Virus record (IMG/VR): IMGVR_UViG_3300037245_000806
Location: 64,001-128,000 of that record
From: a virus
Direction: 5' to 3' (one strand)
DNA length: 64,000 nt
Both the position numbers and the translations under genes were made by a program. Below the pieces are notes generated by a model. That model saw only the letters and a program-made list of their open reading frames with translations. It did not search any database and was not told the DNA's origin. Of the stretch, positions 18,736-29,237 are shown one piece after another; position 1 is the first letter of the stretch, and each line of letters opens with the position of its first letter.

Positions 18736-19535
18736 TATGGCTGCGCTCCGATCAGCGCAATCTTCAATCCCAAGCCCGCGACGGAGGCACCTACGGCGTC
18801 GATGTCCACTGTGATCTCCACGTCGCCCCCGAGATTCGGGTCGTCGATGACAGGAGGCGTCACTGCGGTCACGGAGGTCTTCTCCCCGGCGTCAATCGTG
18901 ATCTCCGTAGTGAGAATGGAGACGCCACCCACATTGATGTCCACCGTGATAGCAGAGCCGGTGGGCGCGGTCTTCACGTTCGCACGCACCCCCGAGAGTA
19001 CGAACGCGTAAGGCATTCGGAACGTGAGCTTGTCCGTTCCCGTAGTCAGCGGAGTAAACTCGTTGCTCACCGCAGCGACGATGGCCTCGACGGGGTTGCC
19101 AGCGTGACCAATCAACTCGATCTTCAAGCCCGCCCCGGCGATGGTCGAGCCTATAGCGTCGATGTCCACGGTGATCTCTGCATCGTCCACGAGGTTCACG
19201 TCGTCGAGCACAGGAGGATTCACTGAGTCGAGCGAGGTCTTGGTCCCCGCGTCAATGCTGATCTTCGTCGAGAGGATGCTTACGGGACCGCCGCCTGTGT
19301 CCTGATTGATGTCCACCACGAGGGCCGACCCCGTGGGAGCCGTCTTCGAGTTCGCGCGGACGCCGGTCAGTGTGAATCCATAGGGGACGCGGAACGTGAG
19401 CTTGGCGCTCCCTGTAGTCAGGATCGAATCTTCGTCGCCCACCGCAGCCATGATCGACTGCCTGACGTTGCCGCCGGGCACACCGGGATCGCCCTTCGGC
19501 CCTTGGAGTAGCTCAATCGCTGATTCATCAGCCAT
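18735..19535 (-). CDS. virion protein with two tandem beta-sandwich repeats
   Basis: Duplicated AAV..E...LTTG..KLTFR.PY.F.L.GVRAN.KTAPTGSA..VDIN...EITVDIDA.G...AG.GLKI.LIG. Confidence 0.75.
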   Translation of the reverse strand: MADESAIELLQGPKGDPGVPGGNVRQSIMAAVGDEDSILTTGSAKLTFRVPYGFTLTGVRANSKTAPTGSALVVDINQDTGGGPVSILSTKISIDAGTKTSLDSVNPPVLDDVNLVDDAEITVDIDAIGSTIAGAGLKIELIGHAGNPVEAIVAAVSNEFTPLTTGTDKLTFRMPYAFVLSGVRANVKTAPTGSAITVDINVGGVSILTTEITIDAGEKTSVTAVTPPVIDDPNLGGDVEITVDIDAVGASVAGLGLKIALIGAQP

Positions 19536-19543
19536 GACTCACC

Positions 19544-19804
19544 CTATCCTGCTTGCGCCAGCTTCGCCTTTATGCCAAGGCACTTGATGCTGCCTTCTTT
19601 GAACTTGCGACACGTCGCCGGACGATCTTCGTAGATGGTACATAACATTGTGTCAAGGTCCAGCGCCACGCACGTCTCGTCAGCCCGCTGTTGCATGTAC
19701 CTTACGCCGCCAAGGGTGAACGTCATCTCCTCGGGGACGTTGTTGAAGCGACCCACATCCGTGAGCATCTTGTGACAACACGCCCCGCAGCCCATGCAGC
19801 CCAT
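19544..19804 (-). CDS. YkgJ-family (CxxCxxCC) cysteine-cluster protein
   Basis: CMGCGACC...C.AL.....CTIYEDRP.TCRKF. Confidence 0.85.
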   Translation of the reverse strand: MGCMGCGACCHKMLTDVGRFNNVPEEMTFTLGGVRYMQQRADETCVALDLDTMLCTIYEDRPATCRKFKEGSIKCLGIKAKLAQAG

Positions 19805-19811
19805 GATTCAC

Positions 19812-22800
19812 CTACTCATTGAGAGTACCCACCTGCCACTCCCGAATACCATAGAAGAAGTTCTCCAACACGACGTCGGCTACAAGATCGTCACTCCCAT
19901 GATTGGCGGGGCGCTGTAGTCTACACCAGATGATATCGCCCGTCTTCCGGTCAGAGATGTCTATTCGCTTAGCGAGTACGTATCGTTGCGACCTGCCCGC
20001 AGGCCAAAGGTTAGTGAACGTGATGAGATTCACCTGCGTGGGCTCCTCAAGCGCAGAGCCATTGAACGTCGCACCCGGACCTGTCTTCGCTGCGTAGAGG
20101 TTCATCACAGCGACCTTGTCGCCCCCGGCAATTGGAGCATCAGCGGACAACTCGAAGACCACCTGTATACCGGACGACGTGTCCATGTCTGCCGTGATGA
20201 GAATGCGGAAGTACATGTCATCGTCTTTTGTGTCCTCGAACTTGTTCTCCTTGAGCCCGAACGCAGGGATGTTGGCCGATATGTCAATGGACTGATCGCC
20301 AGCGCCACCCTTGAACACACCCGACTCGGAAAGCTGAGGGCGGGCCGTGCGCGCGTCACCATGATGTGAGACCGTCCCGTTGGGGCGTATCTCGAAGTAA
20401 CTTCCCTTCATGCGGGGCGACCTGAGTATCGGCGACGTAGTGATCGCAGTCACGATGCGACAGCGCATCCAGTAACCGGTGTCGCCATCCACAGCAACCG
20501 TCGCCCAACCCGCCGCACTCGGGCTGGCCTCAGTGACCCCATCGTGGATGCGCTGGTCCCAACGGATCGTATAGCCCTTGTCGCTCGCGCCGCCGAAGCT
20601 CACGTCGGCAGTCGAGTTGGAGAAGCCCGACCGCGTGTTCAGTGAATTGATCGCCAGCCAACTCGCCGAACCGCCGTCGTAGTATTCCCACACGATAGAG
20701 CCCGCCCCGAGATTGATCGGGGTGATGCCCATGATGTACCCAATGGCGTGAAAGATGAATGGGCTCAGGTCACCGAAATAGATCGCCGCGTCGGCGTTCA
20801 CATTCGGGAAGCTGATATCATTACCATCGGCCACGTCGGCATAGGTGGCGCTGCCATCGAACGTCTTGACCTTCGTCCCGAAGAAGTACGGGCCACCCTG
20901 CCCTGCGCGGAGGAAGTTGCCACCCGTTTGTCCGTGAGAGCCGACCGCCATGTCTTCGAGGAAGCGGTACACGTTCACATCGGTATCGAATCCACCAATG
21001 TTGACCGTAGCACCCGCAGCGATGCTCACACGGTCCCGCGAGAAGGAGACGGTCTGCGCCTCGATGACACCCGACGCCGTCTCGACAAGTATGTCAAAGA
21101 TGGTTGACTCGATCTGAATACCCTGCGCGGAAATCTGACCTCCGCTGCCGCCTGTACGGAAACCGTAGTCCCCTCCGCTTAGTCGTCCACCGATTACAGC
21201 GATAACACCGCTGTCGGCGTATGCGCTATTGATGACCTGATTGCTTGTTGACGCGAAGCCGACTGCCGCCACCACAGCACCCGGCGCAGAGGCATGAAGG
21301 ACTGTATCAACAGGCGCATTCCTGATAATCATCGACGTGTACGACAAGACCGTTCCGCCAGCAACCGACGACCTGAAGTACGTCCCAAGCGATGTTATCG
21401 GCGCAGCCGCGCAGTCATAGCAGAGGACGAGAGCGCCTGCTGCGGCACACTCGATGCCGACCAGCCCATCCTCAACACGAATGTCGCGGAGAACCCATGT
21501 ACCATTACTGACGGACATCTTGGCGAGCGCAGCAGTCGTAGTGCCCCTCAGCGTGAAGCCCTCAAGCTCGCTGTTGTCTGCGCCAGCGAACAGGTCGGAA
21601 CTCGACGTGTCAGCCTCGATGACTGTACTCGACGCGCCATTGCATGACACAATGTCAACATACGGGATGTTCACGAGCGGGTTGTCTTCAATGAAGACGC
21701 CGGGGCCGACCTTGATGATGTATCGGTTGGTCACGTCTGCATCCGTGATCGTGGACAACGCGTGCTTGAGCGTCAGGAACGGGGAGGTCATGTGCCCCAA
21801 CCCGGTGAGGTCACTCCCGTTCTTCGCAACCCACAAGAGATTCTTGATTACGGTCTGAGGCTGCGCGGAGAGCTTGAGACCGATCAGGTCGAGTATCTCG
21901 CCCTTGTCTGTTGTCGAGGTGCGGAGGACGGGGAGGACGATCTGACCCACCGTTGTCGGCTTGGTCGTAGTGGGGACACCTGCCGACGTCGGGCTGAGGA
22001 AGTATGTCGTGTTGACAGTCAGCGCGCCACCATTCTGCCACCCCGTGATAACCACGTCACCGATCTTCTGCACGGTGAAGTTGTCCACGCCAGCAACAGC
22101 GATAACGACCCAACACGCCTCCGCGTTAAGCGACGAGTCAGCCTTCGCGCGGACCCAACCTGCGTTGGTCGGGCGAACCACGGTGACTGCCGTAGTCGGT
22201 GCAGTGAAACCATGCGCCACCTGATTGACGCTCAACGAACCGCCACCGAGGTCGAGGTCGTCAATCGTGTCAAGCGCCTTCTGCACATCGGTATCTGAGG
22301 CGGACAGGTTCTTGGTGAAGGCAGCCACGACTGTGGAGATAGCGCTCGCCGGGTGCGAGTCGGGTGCGGAGCGACCCGTCGTGCCAGCGTGTACTATCGA
22401 GCCCGCATCGACAGCCGGGCCAGTGCTGACGTTACGGTAGTCTACCGCTGAGATGAAGTCAGGCGTCCCGCCCACGTTCCGATACGTGACGCGGTACAGC
22501 AACTTCCACTCGGCCACGCCCATCAAGATAGCCGGGAAGCTCTCATTCTCTGCCCCGGACACAGTGGTGTATTGCGCCTGCCCGACGAGCGTCTGAATCG
22601 GTGAGCCCAAGACGCCTGCGCCATAGATGTAGTAGTTGATGTACCGATTGTTCGCCGCAGCGGTCAGCGTTCCCGCATCGTCAAACATGAGCGTGTCATC
22701 GACGCCCGCGTTGACAACACGATACGGTGTGGCGACGGCGTTCTCTACGCGCATCGACGTGAGGCCAGCATTCCGATACCAGATGTTACCGCTCGCCTGC

Positions 22801-23309
22801 GCGATGATGTTGTGCAGCAACTCCTCGTCGAAGACCACGCCCTGTTCGATGCTGAATGCCGCATCGAGGAACGCGCCCGCGAGGCCAGAGCCATAGCGCG
22901 TCCCGATAGAGAAATGGTCCAAGCGGTGCTGCACCCGGTTGCTGCTGTAGTCATGGCGCTCTTCGGTGATCTTGTAAATCGCGCCGTCTCGGAACACCGT
23001 CGCCACAGGCACAGTGGAGGCGAGCAAGTCCCACGGAGTCGTACTCTGCTGAAGCACGCCTGCGGGATCGAAATACACGAAGGTCAGGTCTTGGTCAGCC
23101 GCGATGGTGACGATATCCGTAGTCGTCTTTATTACGAGCACTCCCTCGACCCAATAAGTATAGGACGCCGCCGAAGGCGCAATCTCGAAGTCCCCACCGT
23201 TCATCACCATGGTGGAGTCGGTGAGGTTCGGGAAGCCATGGAAAATCTTCTTGCCAGCGAGCGCGGGCAGAAGACCGGCAACCTGTTTCTGTTCAACCGG
23301 ACTTGACAT
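19812..23309 (-). CDS. tail fibre/tailspike with pectin-lyase-like beta-helix region
   Basis: 1165 aa, Gly/Thr/Ala/Val-rich; WVAKNGSD..G.G....PFLTLKHAL...I.VGPG.F.E beta-helix leader; HPASAIS motif. Confidence 0.75.
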   Translation of the reverse strand: MSSPVEQKQVAGLLPALAGKKIFHGFPNLTDSTMVMNGGDFEIAPSAASYTYWVEGVLVIKTTTDIVTIAADQDLTFVYFDPAGVLQQSTTPWDLLASTVPVATVFRDGAIYKITEERHDYSSNRVQHRLDHFSIGTRYGSGLAGAFLDAAFSIEQGVVFDEELLHNIIAQASGNIWYRNAGLTSMRVENAVATPYRVVNAGVDDTLMFDDAGTLTAAANNRYINYYIYGAGVLGSPIQTLVGQAQYTTVSGAENESFPAILMGVAEWKLLYRVTYRNVGGTPDFISAVDYRNVSTGPAVDAGSIVHAGTTGRSAPDSHPASAISTVVAAFTKNLSASDTDVQKALDTIDDLDLGGGSLSVNQVAHGFTAPTTAVTVVRPTNAGWVRAKADSSLNAEACWVVIAVAGVDNFTVQKIGDVVITGWQNGGALTVNTTYFLSPTSAGVPTTTKPTTVGQIVLPVLRTSTTDKGEILDLIGLKLSAQPQTVIKNLLWVAKNGSDLTGLGHMTSPFLTLKHALSTITDADVTNRYIIKVGPGVFIEDNPLVNIPYVDIVSCNGASSTVIEADTSSSDLFAGADNSELEGFTLRGTTTAALAKMSVSNGTWVLRDIRVEDGLVGIECAAAGALVLCYDCAAAPITSLGTYFRSSVAGGTVLSYTSMIIRNAPVDTVLHASAPGAVVAAVGFASTSNQVINSAYADSGVIAVIGGRLSGGDYGFRTGGSGGQISAQGIQIESTIFDILVETASGVIEAQTVSFSRDRVSIAAGATVNIGGFDTDVNVYRFLEDMAVGSHGQTGGNFLRAGQGGPYFFGTKVKTFDGSATYADVADGNDISFPNVNADAAIYFGDLSPFIFHAIGYIMGITPINLGAGSIVWEYYDGGSASWLAINSLNTRSGFSNSTADVSFGGASDKGYTIRWDQRIHDGVTEASPSAAGWATVAVDGDTGYWMRCRIVTAITTSPILRSPRMKGSYFEIRPNGTVSHHGDARTARPQLSESGVFKGGAGDQSIDISANIPAFGLKENKFEDTKDDDMYFRILITADMDTSSGIQVVFELSADAPIAGGDKVAVMNLYAAKTGPGATFNGSALEEPTQVNLITFTNLWPAGRSQRYVLAKRIDISDRKTGDIIWCRLQRPANHGSDDLVADVVLENFFYGIREWQVGTLNE

Positions 23310-23321
23310 CAGCGCCCCCTA

Positions 23322-24683
23322 CTAGGCAGCGGTATCGTAGACAAGCGCAATCGAGTCAGTCGCGGCATCAAGCTGATAGCCCGCACTTGAACCGCGCCAG
23401 TGCAGCGTGTCGGCAGCGTCGATGGCGCTCAGGGCACGGGCTGTTATCCCGGCGTCATCTGAGAAGAAACAGTCCTTCGTCTTGTCGCCGCCAAGCTCCA
23501 CGCGAACGCCGTTGACATACACGTTGACCGCTCTGTCCCCGGCGGGCCTCTTCGTGATGGCAACGCCGGTCGCGTCATCGTCAGTCGTCGTAGTGCTCAC
23601 CGGAAGGTCTTTGTCAGCGGCGGTCGGGGTCGCGGCCTTGAGTTGACTGCCGCTCTCCTTCACGGTGTCATCGTCAATCTTGACCGCGACACCGTTCACG
23701 TTCACGTCGATAACCTTGGCGAGGTTCGCACCGCCCGTAGCGTCAGGAACCACTGCGAGAGGTGTACCGCCACCGCCCGAGATGCCGTTGCCCGCGACCG
23801 AAGTGTTCAGATGCGACTCGGTGATACCGGCTGCCTTGACCCGCACTTCACCGACTTGCCCTGCCACGTCCGAAACCTCAATGGTAGCGTTGTCAGGGTT
23901 GACAGCGATGTCGTCGGCGTTGGCAAGGATGCCGCCGCCTTCATTGCCGCCACCGTCACCGAGCTTCTCACCGACGCTAATCGTGTTGCCACTCTTGGTG
24001 AGGCCTGCGCCCGCGTCGATCTGTCCAGCGCCGGAGGTCTGCGTGAACGTGAGCGCGGTCGTGTCAACGGTGATTGTGTCTGGTGTGATGAGCGTCCACT
24101 GCGAGTCCTGATTCACCGTTCCCGCAGCAACCCACGCGTAGTCGCCGTGCTCGACTTCACCTGTGGGTGAACCGTCGAAGTCCTCGGCACGTGTGAATTC
24201 CGCCTGCACGCCGGTCGCGCCTTCGGTCGTACACTTGTAAATACCGTGATCGACGTGCGCGCCTTCTGCCCCCTGCGCACCATTCTCGTTCTTCACGATC
24301 AAGCGGTCATCGAGGAGCACCTTCACGCTATCCACGAAGAAGTCGCCGGTCGCGTCAATGGTGAGCGTGCGGCCCACGCCAGCCGGGCCACCCATCGTGT
24401 ACGCGGGTAGTGCAGCAGCGGTCGCAAGGTTACAGGTCTGCTTGGGGTGAAGCCCATTGGCAATATCGTCAACGTACTTCTTGTTGACCGCAGACGAGTC
24501 ACCCGCTGGGGTGTCGGCTACTTGGATGTCACCTCCCGAGAAGTCGTAGGTCTGCGTCTTATCGACCTTCGAGGGGATCACTGCATTGTTGGCGAGTTGT
24601 GTGGTATCGACCGCGCCGTCTTCGAGCTTCCCGCCGGGGATGCTCTGGTCCTGCATCTGCTTTCCGTGAATCGGCTTACTCAT
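23322..24683 (-). CDS. fibre/whisker-type virion protein
   Basis: DSSAVNKKYVD...GL..K, DR.IVKNE, HGIY, TRAEDFD, AGAGLTKSGN motifs; C-terminal CFFSDD domain. Confidence 0.75.
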   Translation of the reverse strand: MSKPIHGKQMQDQSIPGGKLEDGAVDTTQLANNAVIPSKVDKTQTYDFSGGDIQVADTPAGDSSAVNKKYVDDIANGLHPKQTCNLATAAALPAYTMGGPAGVGRTLTIDATGDFFVDSVKVLLDDRLIVKNENGAQGAEGAHVDHGIYKCTTEGATGVQAEFTRAEDFDGSPTGEVEHGDYAWVAAGTVNQDSQWTLITPDTITVDTTALTFTQTSGAGQIDAGAGLTKSGNTISVGEKLGDGGGNEGGGILANADDIAVNPDNATIEVSDVAGQVGEVRVKAAGITESHLNTSVAGNGISGGGGTPLAVVPDATGGANLAKVIDVNVNGVAVKIDDDTVKESGSQLKAATPTAADKDLPVSTTTTDDDATGVAITKRPAGDRAVNVYVNGVRVELGGDKTKDCFFSDDAGITARALSAIDAADTLHWRGSSAGYQLDAATDSIALVYDTAA

Positions 24684-24693
24684 CGAACACCCC

Positions 24694-26265
24694 CTAGACC
24701 TCGTAAATAAGGTCGATCACATCCGTGGGATCAAGCTGGAAGCCCGCCGCCCCGCCGCCCCAATAGAGCTTACTGGCACCACCCGCGATGGAACCTATTG
24801 TAGTCACCGTGCCGCCGCCGTCATCTGAAAAAAAGCAGAATGATGTGAGTTTCTCAGCAGTGTCTCGTGCGGGCTTGTACTCCACCCCGTTCACACGCAC
24901 GATCACGTCATGCTCGGGCGTCCGCGTGATGGCTGCTGTTGCAGCAAGCTGGTACACACCCGTCGTCGTGAGCGCAGGGATGTCGTAGTCACCGTTGAGC
25001 GCGGGGGCCGGTACCGAGTTCCACCGCTGTCCGTCATGGCGGCGTATGTCACCAACATTGGCAGTCGGTGCCTCCTTGAAGGTCACCGCATTCGTTCCGG
25101 CAATGACAAGCTCGACAGGGACAGGGCCGGGATAGATCGCTGAGTAGCAGTCCTTCCAGAAAGAGAAGGAACTCAGCGTACCGTCCACGATGATGTCCGC
25201 TGTTCCCCTGCGCCAGAATCCCACGCCACTCAATACCAGCAGGTTGTTCACAGTTCCGACGAGCACTTCGATCTCGCCGTTTATCACGCCCTTCCCAAGC
25301 CCCGGCGTACCCCTGCCTGCGTACATGAAGAATGCATTGCCAGACAAGCGGAACACTGTCCCTTGGAACGAACCTGCATACGCCGTGCAGTCGATGCCTG
25401 CGAAGCGGCCACCCGTAGTAATGTCCATCACAATGTAACCGACCTCGCTGGTGAGCGTACATCTCTCAGGTGCTATCGTGACACCACCCGAAGCCAGCGG
25501 TGCATATGTGATCGTGTCCGAGTCCGGCGAGCCCTTCACGTTGCAATCGAAGAGATAGATGCGCTTGCTGTAGTCGCCCCCTGCAACGTGGATCGCTGGA
25601 CCCGTTGTTGGCAGAACAGCAATCCCGCGCAGCGTGATGTCGTTGGCTATCCCCGACAGGTTGACCGTATACGTCAGCGTTCCGAGGATGCTAACTCGCT
25701 GCCCGGTCGGGTAAACATCCACCACGCCCGTGAACACGTCCACAGCTTCGAGGTTGATCCACGGGCTCGGAATCGAAACGCTCTCAGCGTAATCCCCGTT
25801 CAGGATGCCGACGCGCGCTTGGATGTCCCTTGTCCAGCCCGCATCCGTGGCGGCTTGATCCACGGCGGATTGAATCGTCTGGAAGGGTGCCTTACCTACC
25901 GGCCCCACGAGGTAGTCGTAATCGAATAGCGGCGTGCGGTTGCGCCACACCGCTGCGCCGATTGAGTTGTCGAGGCACTGGAACACATTCTCAGTGGTAG
26001 TGTTCAGCCAGCCACCGCCCGCATTGAAGCCCGCGTTGGCATCATCGTTGACAGTCGGGTCGATGGCAGACACGTACACACCCGCGCCGCCTGACTCGGT
26101 CCATACTGCCGCGCCAATCGCAGCGTTCGTACACATGAAGGCTTCGTCAGTTGCCGTGTTGATCCAGAACGTGAAATACCCGAAGCCCAAGCTGCTGTCA
26201 TCCGTGGGCAGCGGGTCGCGGGTATCAGTCCACAGCTTGATGCGTTGAACCGGACGCTCGATCAT
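24694..26265 (-). CDS. fibre protein with DP...DD..GF...W.NT repeats and beta-helix-like region
   Basis: Two N-terminal repeats; PFQTIQSAVD...GDYAE; C-terminal CFFSDD domain shared with 23322-24683. Confidence 0.75.
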   Translation of the reverse strand: MIERPVQRIKLWTDTRDPLPTDDSSLGFGYFTFWINTATDEAFMCTNAAIGAAVWTESGGAGVYVSAIDPTVNDDANAGFNAGGGWLNTTTENVFQCLDNSIGAAVWRNRTPLFDYDYLVGPVGKAPFQTIQSAVDQAATDAGWTRDIQARVGILNGDYAESVSIPSPWINLEAVDVFTGVVDVYPTGQRVSILGTLTYTVNLSGIANDITLRGIAVLPTTGPAIHVAGGDYSKRIYLFDCNVKGSPDSDTITYAPLASGGVTIAPERCTLTSEVGYIVMDITTGGRFAGIDCTAYAGSFQGTVFRLSGNAFFMYAGRGTPGLGKGVINGEIEVLVGTVNNLLVLSGVGFWRRGTADIIVDGTLSSFSFWKDCYSAIYPGPVPVELVIAGTNAVTFKEAPTANVGDIRRHDGQRWNSVPAPALNGDYDIPALTTTGVYQLAATAAITRTPEHDVIVRVNGVEYKPARDTAEKLTSFCFFSDDGGGTVTTIGSIAGGASKLYWGGGAAGFQLDPTDVIDLIYEV

Positions 26266-26296
26266 AGGTCAGTCCCCACGTAGTCGTGACACAGTG

Positions 26297-29227
26297 TTAC
26301 GCTCTGGCCGGTCCGATCTTCGACATGCCATCGTACCAGATGAGTCCCTTCTTGCCGAGCGCTTTTGCGGCACTCATGAGTTTCTTGAAGTGAATACCGG
26401 TGAACTCAGGGCGCTTGGCGATTGCGGATAGCTTGTAGTCGCCCCCCTCGGCAGTCTTCTCCATGAACGCGAGCAACGCCGCCTGCGCCTTGCCCTTCGC
26501 GGCTGCCTCCTGAATGCCCTCCGCGACCTTCTCGGCACTCACAGAGTCCGTGCCATACATGGAGTCGTCAGCGGGCGTGAGGTACCGCTGAACCTGTCGC
26601 TTCGTGAAGCGGTCCGTGTTGCCGGTCAGCGTGGTGAGCGCCACGATGTCTGGCAGGATGTACTGGACGAACACGCGGCCTGCACCGATCCGCACGCCAG
26701 TGCCGCCCTTCATCTCCTTGTTCAGGATCGCATTGCCCTTGTAGTTGTCGTTGTCATCGATCACGAGCCCGAGCTTCGTGACAAGCTTGTCATTGGACCC
26801 GGCGACACCCTCGGCAATGCCCTTCTTCCAGAGGTCGCAGATATCATCCTGCTCGATCTTCCCGCGCACCAGCTGGCAGGCATCGGGGAGGACCACAGAC
26901 GAGCAAGTTCCGCAGCGCTTGTCGCCGTCCTTGTCAGTCTGCGAATGGCGGTAGTTCACTTCCTCCTTGGGCTTCCGGTCCACCGCTTTGTTGCGGGTGG
27001 GGGCGGCTGCCTCATCGACGGGCTCCAAGACTTTCTCACCCACGTCCTTCGAGGTCATTGAAACGCGCCAACCCTTGCCATTCTTCTTTCGCCACTTACG
27101 CATCAACCTCGCAGAGCCGCGCTTGACCACAATACCCGCAGGGTCCACAAGCACATAGCCCACCATGGCTTCCTGTAGTTTGATGATATTGGCAATGCCT
27201 TTCCCCGCCGGAAGCGAGCGCTGTGACGCCGGGGTGACACCAAGCTCCTTCTTCAGCGCAGCCCGGAACGATGGACTCTTCATGGCGTCAGCAAAGGACA
27301 CGCTGGCGAAGCCACCACTGAGCCTGACCTTCCCGCCGTACTTCTTGGCGAGCGCGCGAAGTGACTTCGTGAACGCACTGTCGGTCGCCTCATCGAGCTT
27401 GACGCGTGTGGTATTGAAGCCCGCGCCCTTGACTGCTCGAATGATGCGACTCACTGAGGCCACTGCTTCTGCTGCCGTCGCAGGCTTACGCCGTAGTGTT
27501 GCCATGAGTTTCTTCGCCCCCGTACCAATTGCCTTGAGCACCTTCACGAGCGTTGCGTCCGGTCGCTTGTCATCCACCGCGCGAATCGCATACGCCTTGA
27601 TCTTATGCTTCCCCTTCGGACCGAAGTCAACAAGATACTCAGGATCAACGGTAGTGTCCTTCGCGACCAGTGACACAATGTTGCCCCGGAGGCTCGCAAC
27701 CTTGACCTTCTGGCCGGGCTTGAAGAAGCTCTCCTCGTCGATGGATTCGCGCAGTGCTCTATGGGGCTCATCCGCGAGGCGATACTTCTGACCCTTGAGC
27801 GTGAACCAATGCTTCTTGCCGTGCGACACCATCACGCCCTTGAGTTGCTCATCCGACACAGCTTCAGCAACCCCCAGCTGAACGTAAACGCGGTAGACGT
27901 GCGAGCGGAAGCTGCTGTCCTCCTCGATGTCGTCCAACGCGAGGTAAATGCGCTTGGCTGCCTGCGTGTTCAGGGCGATACGGTAGTTGGCTCCCGCCTT
28001 CTTCGCCTCGCCTATCGCTTTGACGCCAGCCCGATCCAAGGCATCCTGCGGGTCGTCCACTTCGACGATCTTGTAACGCAACTCCTCGAACAGCTTCTTC
28101 GATACGACAATGTGCCGGGGCAGCTTGTACACTTCATCGATGGACTCGCGCGCGGACTTGAGTTCCTTGTACTCACTCCACCAACCGTCCAACGTCATGG
28201 CGTCCACTTGCGAGGTCATGACGCTCGCCGTGTACCATCCCGACGCACCCCCGCCAATGAAGTAGTAGTAACCCTTACCCTTTACCAGCTTCTCCTTGAC
28301 GCCCTTCGCCTTGAGCATCTTGTTGACCGTGCCGAGGGTCACCTTGCCCTCATCGATGGATTCATTCTTCCTCTTGAGCCGCACCTCGTCAGCCTTCACG
28401 GTGATCTCATTCGGGGTCTGCGTCTTCGTGCCGGGTGCGACACGTGCGTAGTCCTTTGGATCGATCAGGACCACGAGTGTCGCTGGACCCTTCGGATAGA
28501 AGACATTGACATCGCGCTTGATGATCTTGCCGGGGACCGGAGGCTTGACTGCGATGGGCTTGTACCCGCGCTTCCATCCGAACCTGCGGACGACCACGAT
28601 CTCATCGCCCACCTTGTACGTTGGGCCTTTGTAAATGCTCGGTATGAAGATGCGCTTCTCATCGATGGCAGCCGCCTCGAACACTTTCTTCGGACCGCAG
28701 TAGTCACATACACCACATTGCGCGGTGCCACGCCACTGAGTATCCGGGTCGTCCTTGGGGCCGAACCTGATGTGCTCCGTCGAACCGCACTCGGGGCAGA
28801 GCACCTCACTGATATCTTCAGTGGCAAGCAAGGTACCGCTAAGCGGAACCGTGAAGAATCCCTGCTTGCCAGAGCCGCTCGTCCCCGAAGGCCCGTGGCC
28901 GCTGTAGTGCATATGCACCTGAGCACCAGAGCGAGCGTACTTCGGGAAATACTTGGCGATGATCTTCTGCGTCTTCTCAGGGCTGTGATACAGGCGCGCG
29001 ACCGTGAAGTCCTTCGCGTCCTGTGACTTCCCCTTGGTGGCGTCATCGAACTTCAGGTACCGGGCCTTCATGAACGTGTCGGAGTATGCGATGCGCCGTA
29101 GTTTGCTGGCCATCTCAGTGGTGACGAGCACCTCGTACACGCGCAGCTGCTTGCCGACCACCTCGATGGCAAGGTCGCCCCGATAGACTTGGCCCGCACG
29201 CTTCTCAGCTTCTAGGATGGCTGGCAT
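26297..29227 (-). CDS. ~976-aa modular basic protein with [ILV]DE linkers (candidate head polyprotein B)
   Basis: ATG 29227 after GAAGGGG; ESIDE x3, AIDE, LDE, VDE, LQE, IQE linkers; zinc ribbon, SH3-like, HiPIP-like and wHTH-like modules. Confidence 0.8.
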   Translation of the reverse strand: MPAILEAEKRAGQVYRGDLAIEVVGKQLRVYEVLVTTEMASKLRRIAYSDTFMKARYLKFDDATKGKSQDAKDFTVARLYHSPEKTQKIIAKYFPKYARSGAQVHMHYSGHGPSGTSGSGKQGFFTVPLSGTLLATEDISEVLCPECGSTEHIRFGPKDDPDTQWRGTAQCGVCDYCGPKKVFEAAAIDEKRIFIPSIYKGPTYKVGDEIVVVRRFGWKRGYKPIAVKPPVPGKIIKRDVNVFYPKGPATLVVLIDPKDYARVAPGTKTQTPNEITVKADEVRLKRKNESIDEGKVTLGTVNKMLKAKGVKEKLVKGKGYYYFIGGGASGWYTASVMTSQVDAMTLDGWWSEYKELKSARESIDEVYKLPRHIVVSKKLFEELRYKIVEVDDPQDALDRAGVKAIGEAKKAGANYRIALNTQAAKRIYLALDDIEEDSSFRSHVYRVYVQLGVAEAVSDEQLKGVMVSHGKKHWFTLKGQKYRLADEPHRALRESIDEESFFKPGQKVKVASLRGNIVSLVAKDTTVDPEYLVDFGPKGKHKIKAYAIRAVDDKRPDATLVKVLKAIGTGAKKLMATLRRKPATAAEAVASVSRIIRAVKGAGFNTTRVKLDEATDSAFTKSLRALAKKYGGKVRLSGGFASVSFADAMKSPSFRAALKKELGVTPASQRSLPAGKGIANIIKLQEAMVGYVLVDPAGIVVKRGSARLMRKWRKKNGKGWRVSMTSKDVGEKVLEPVDEAAAPTRNKAVDRKPKEEVNYRHSQTDKDGDKRCGTCSSVVLPDACQLVRGKIEQDDICDLWKKGIAEGVAGSNDKLVTKLGLVIDDNDNYKGNAILNKEMKGGTGVRIGAGRVFVQYILPDIVALTTLTGNTDRFTKRQVQRYLTPADDSMYGTDSVSAEKVAEGIQEAAAKGKAQAALLAFMEKTAEGGDYKLSAIAKRPEFTGIHFKKLMSAAKALGKKGLIWYDGMSKIGPARA

Positions 29228-29237
29228 GACTGCCCCT

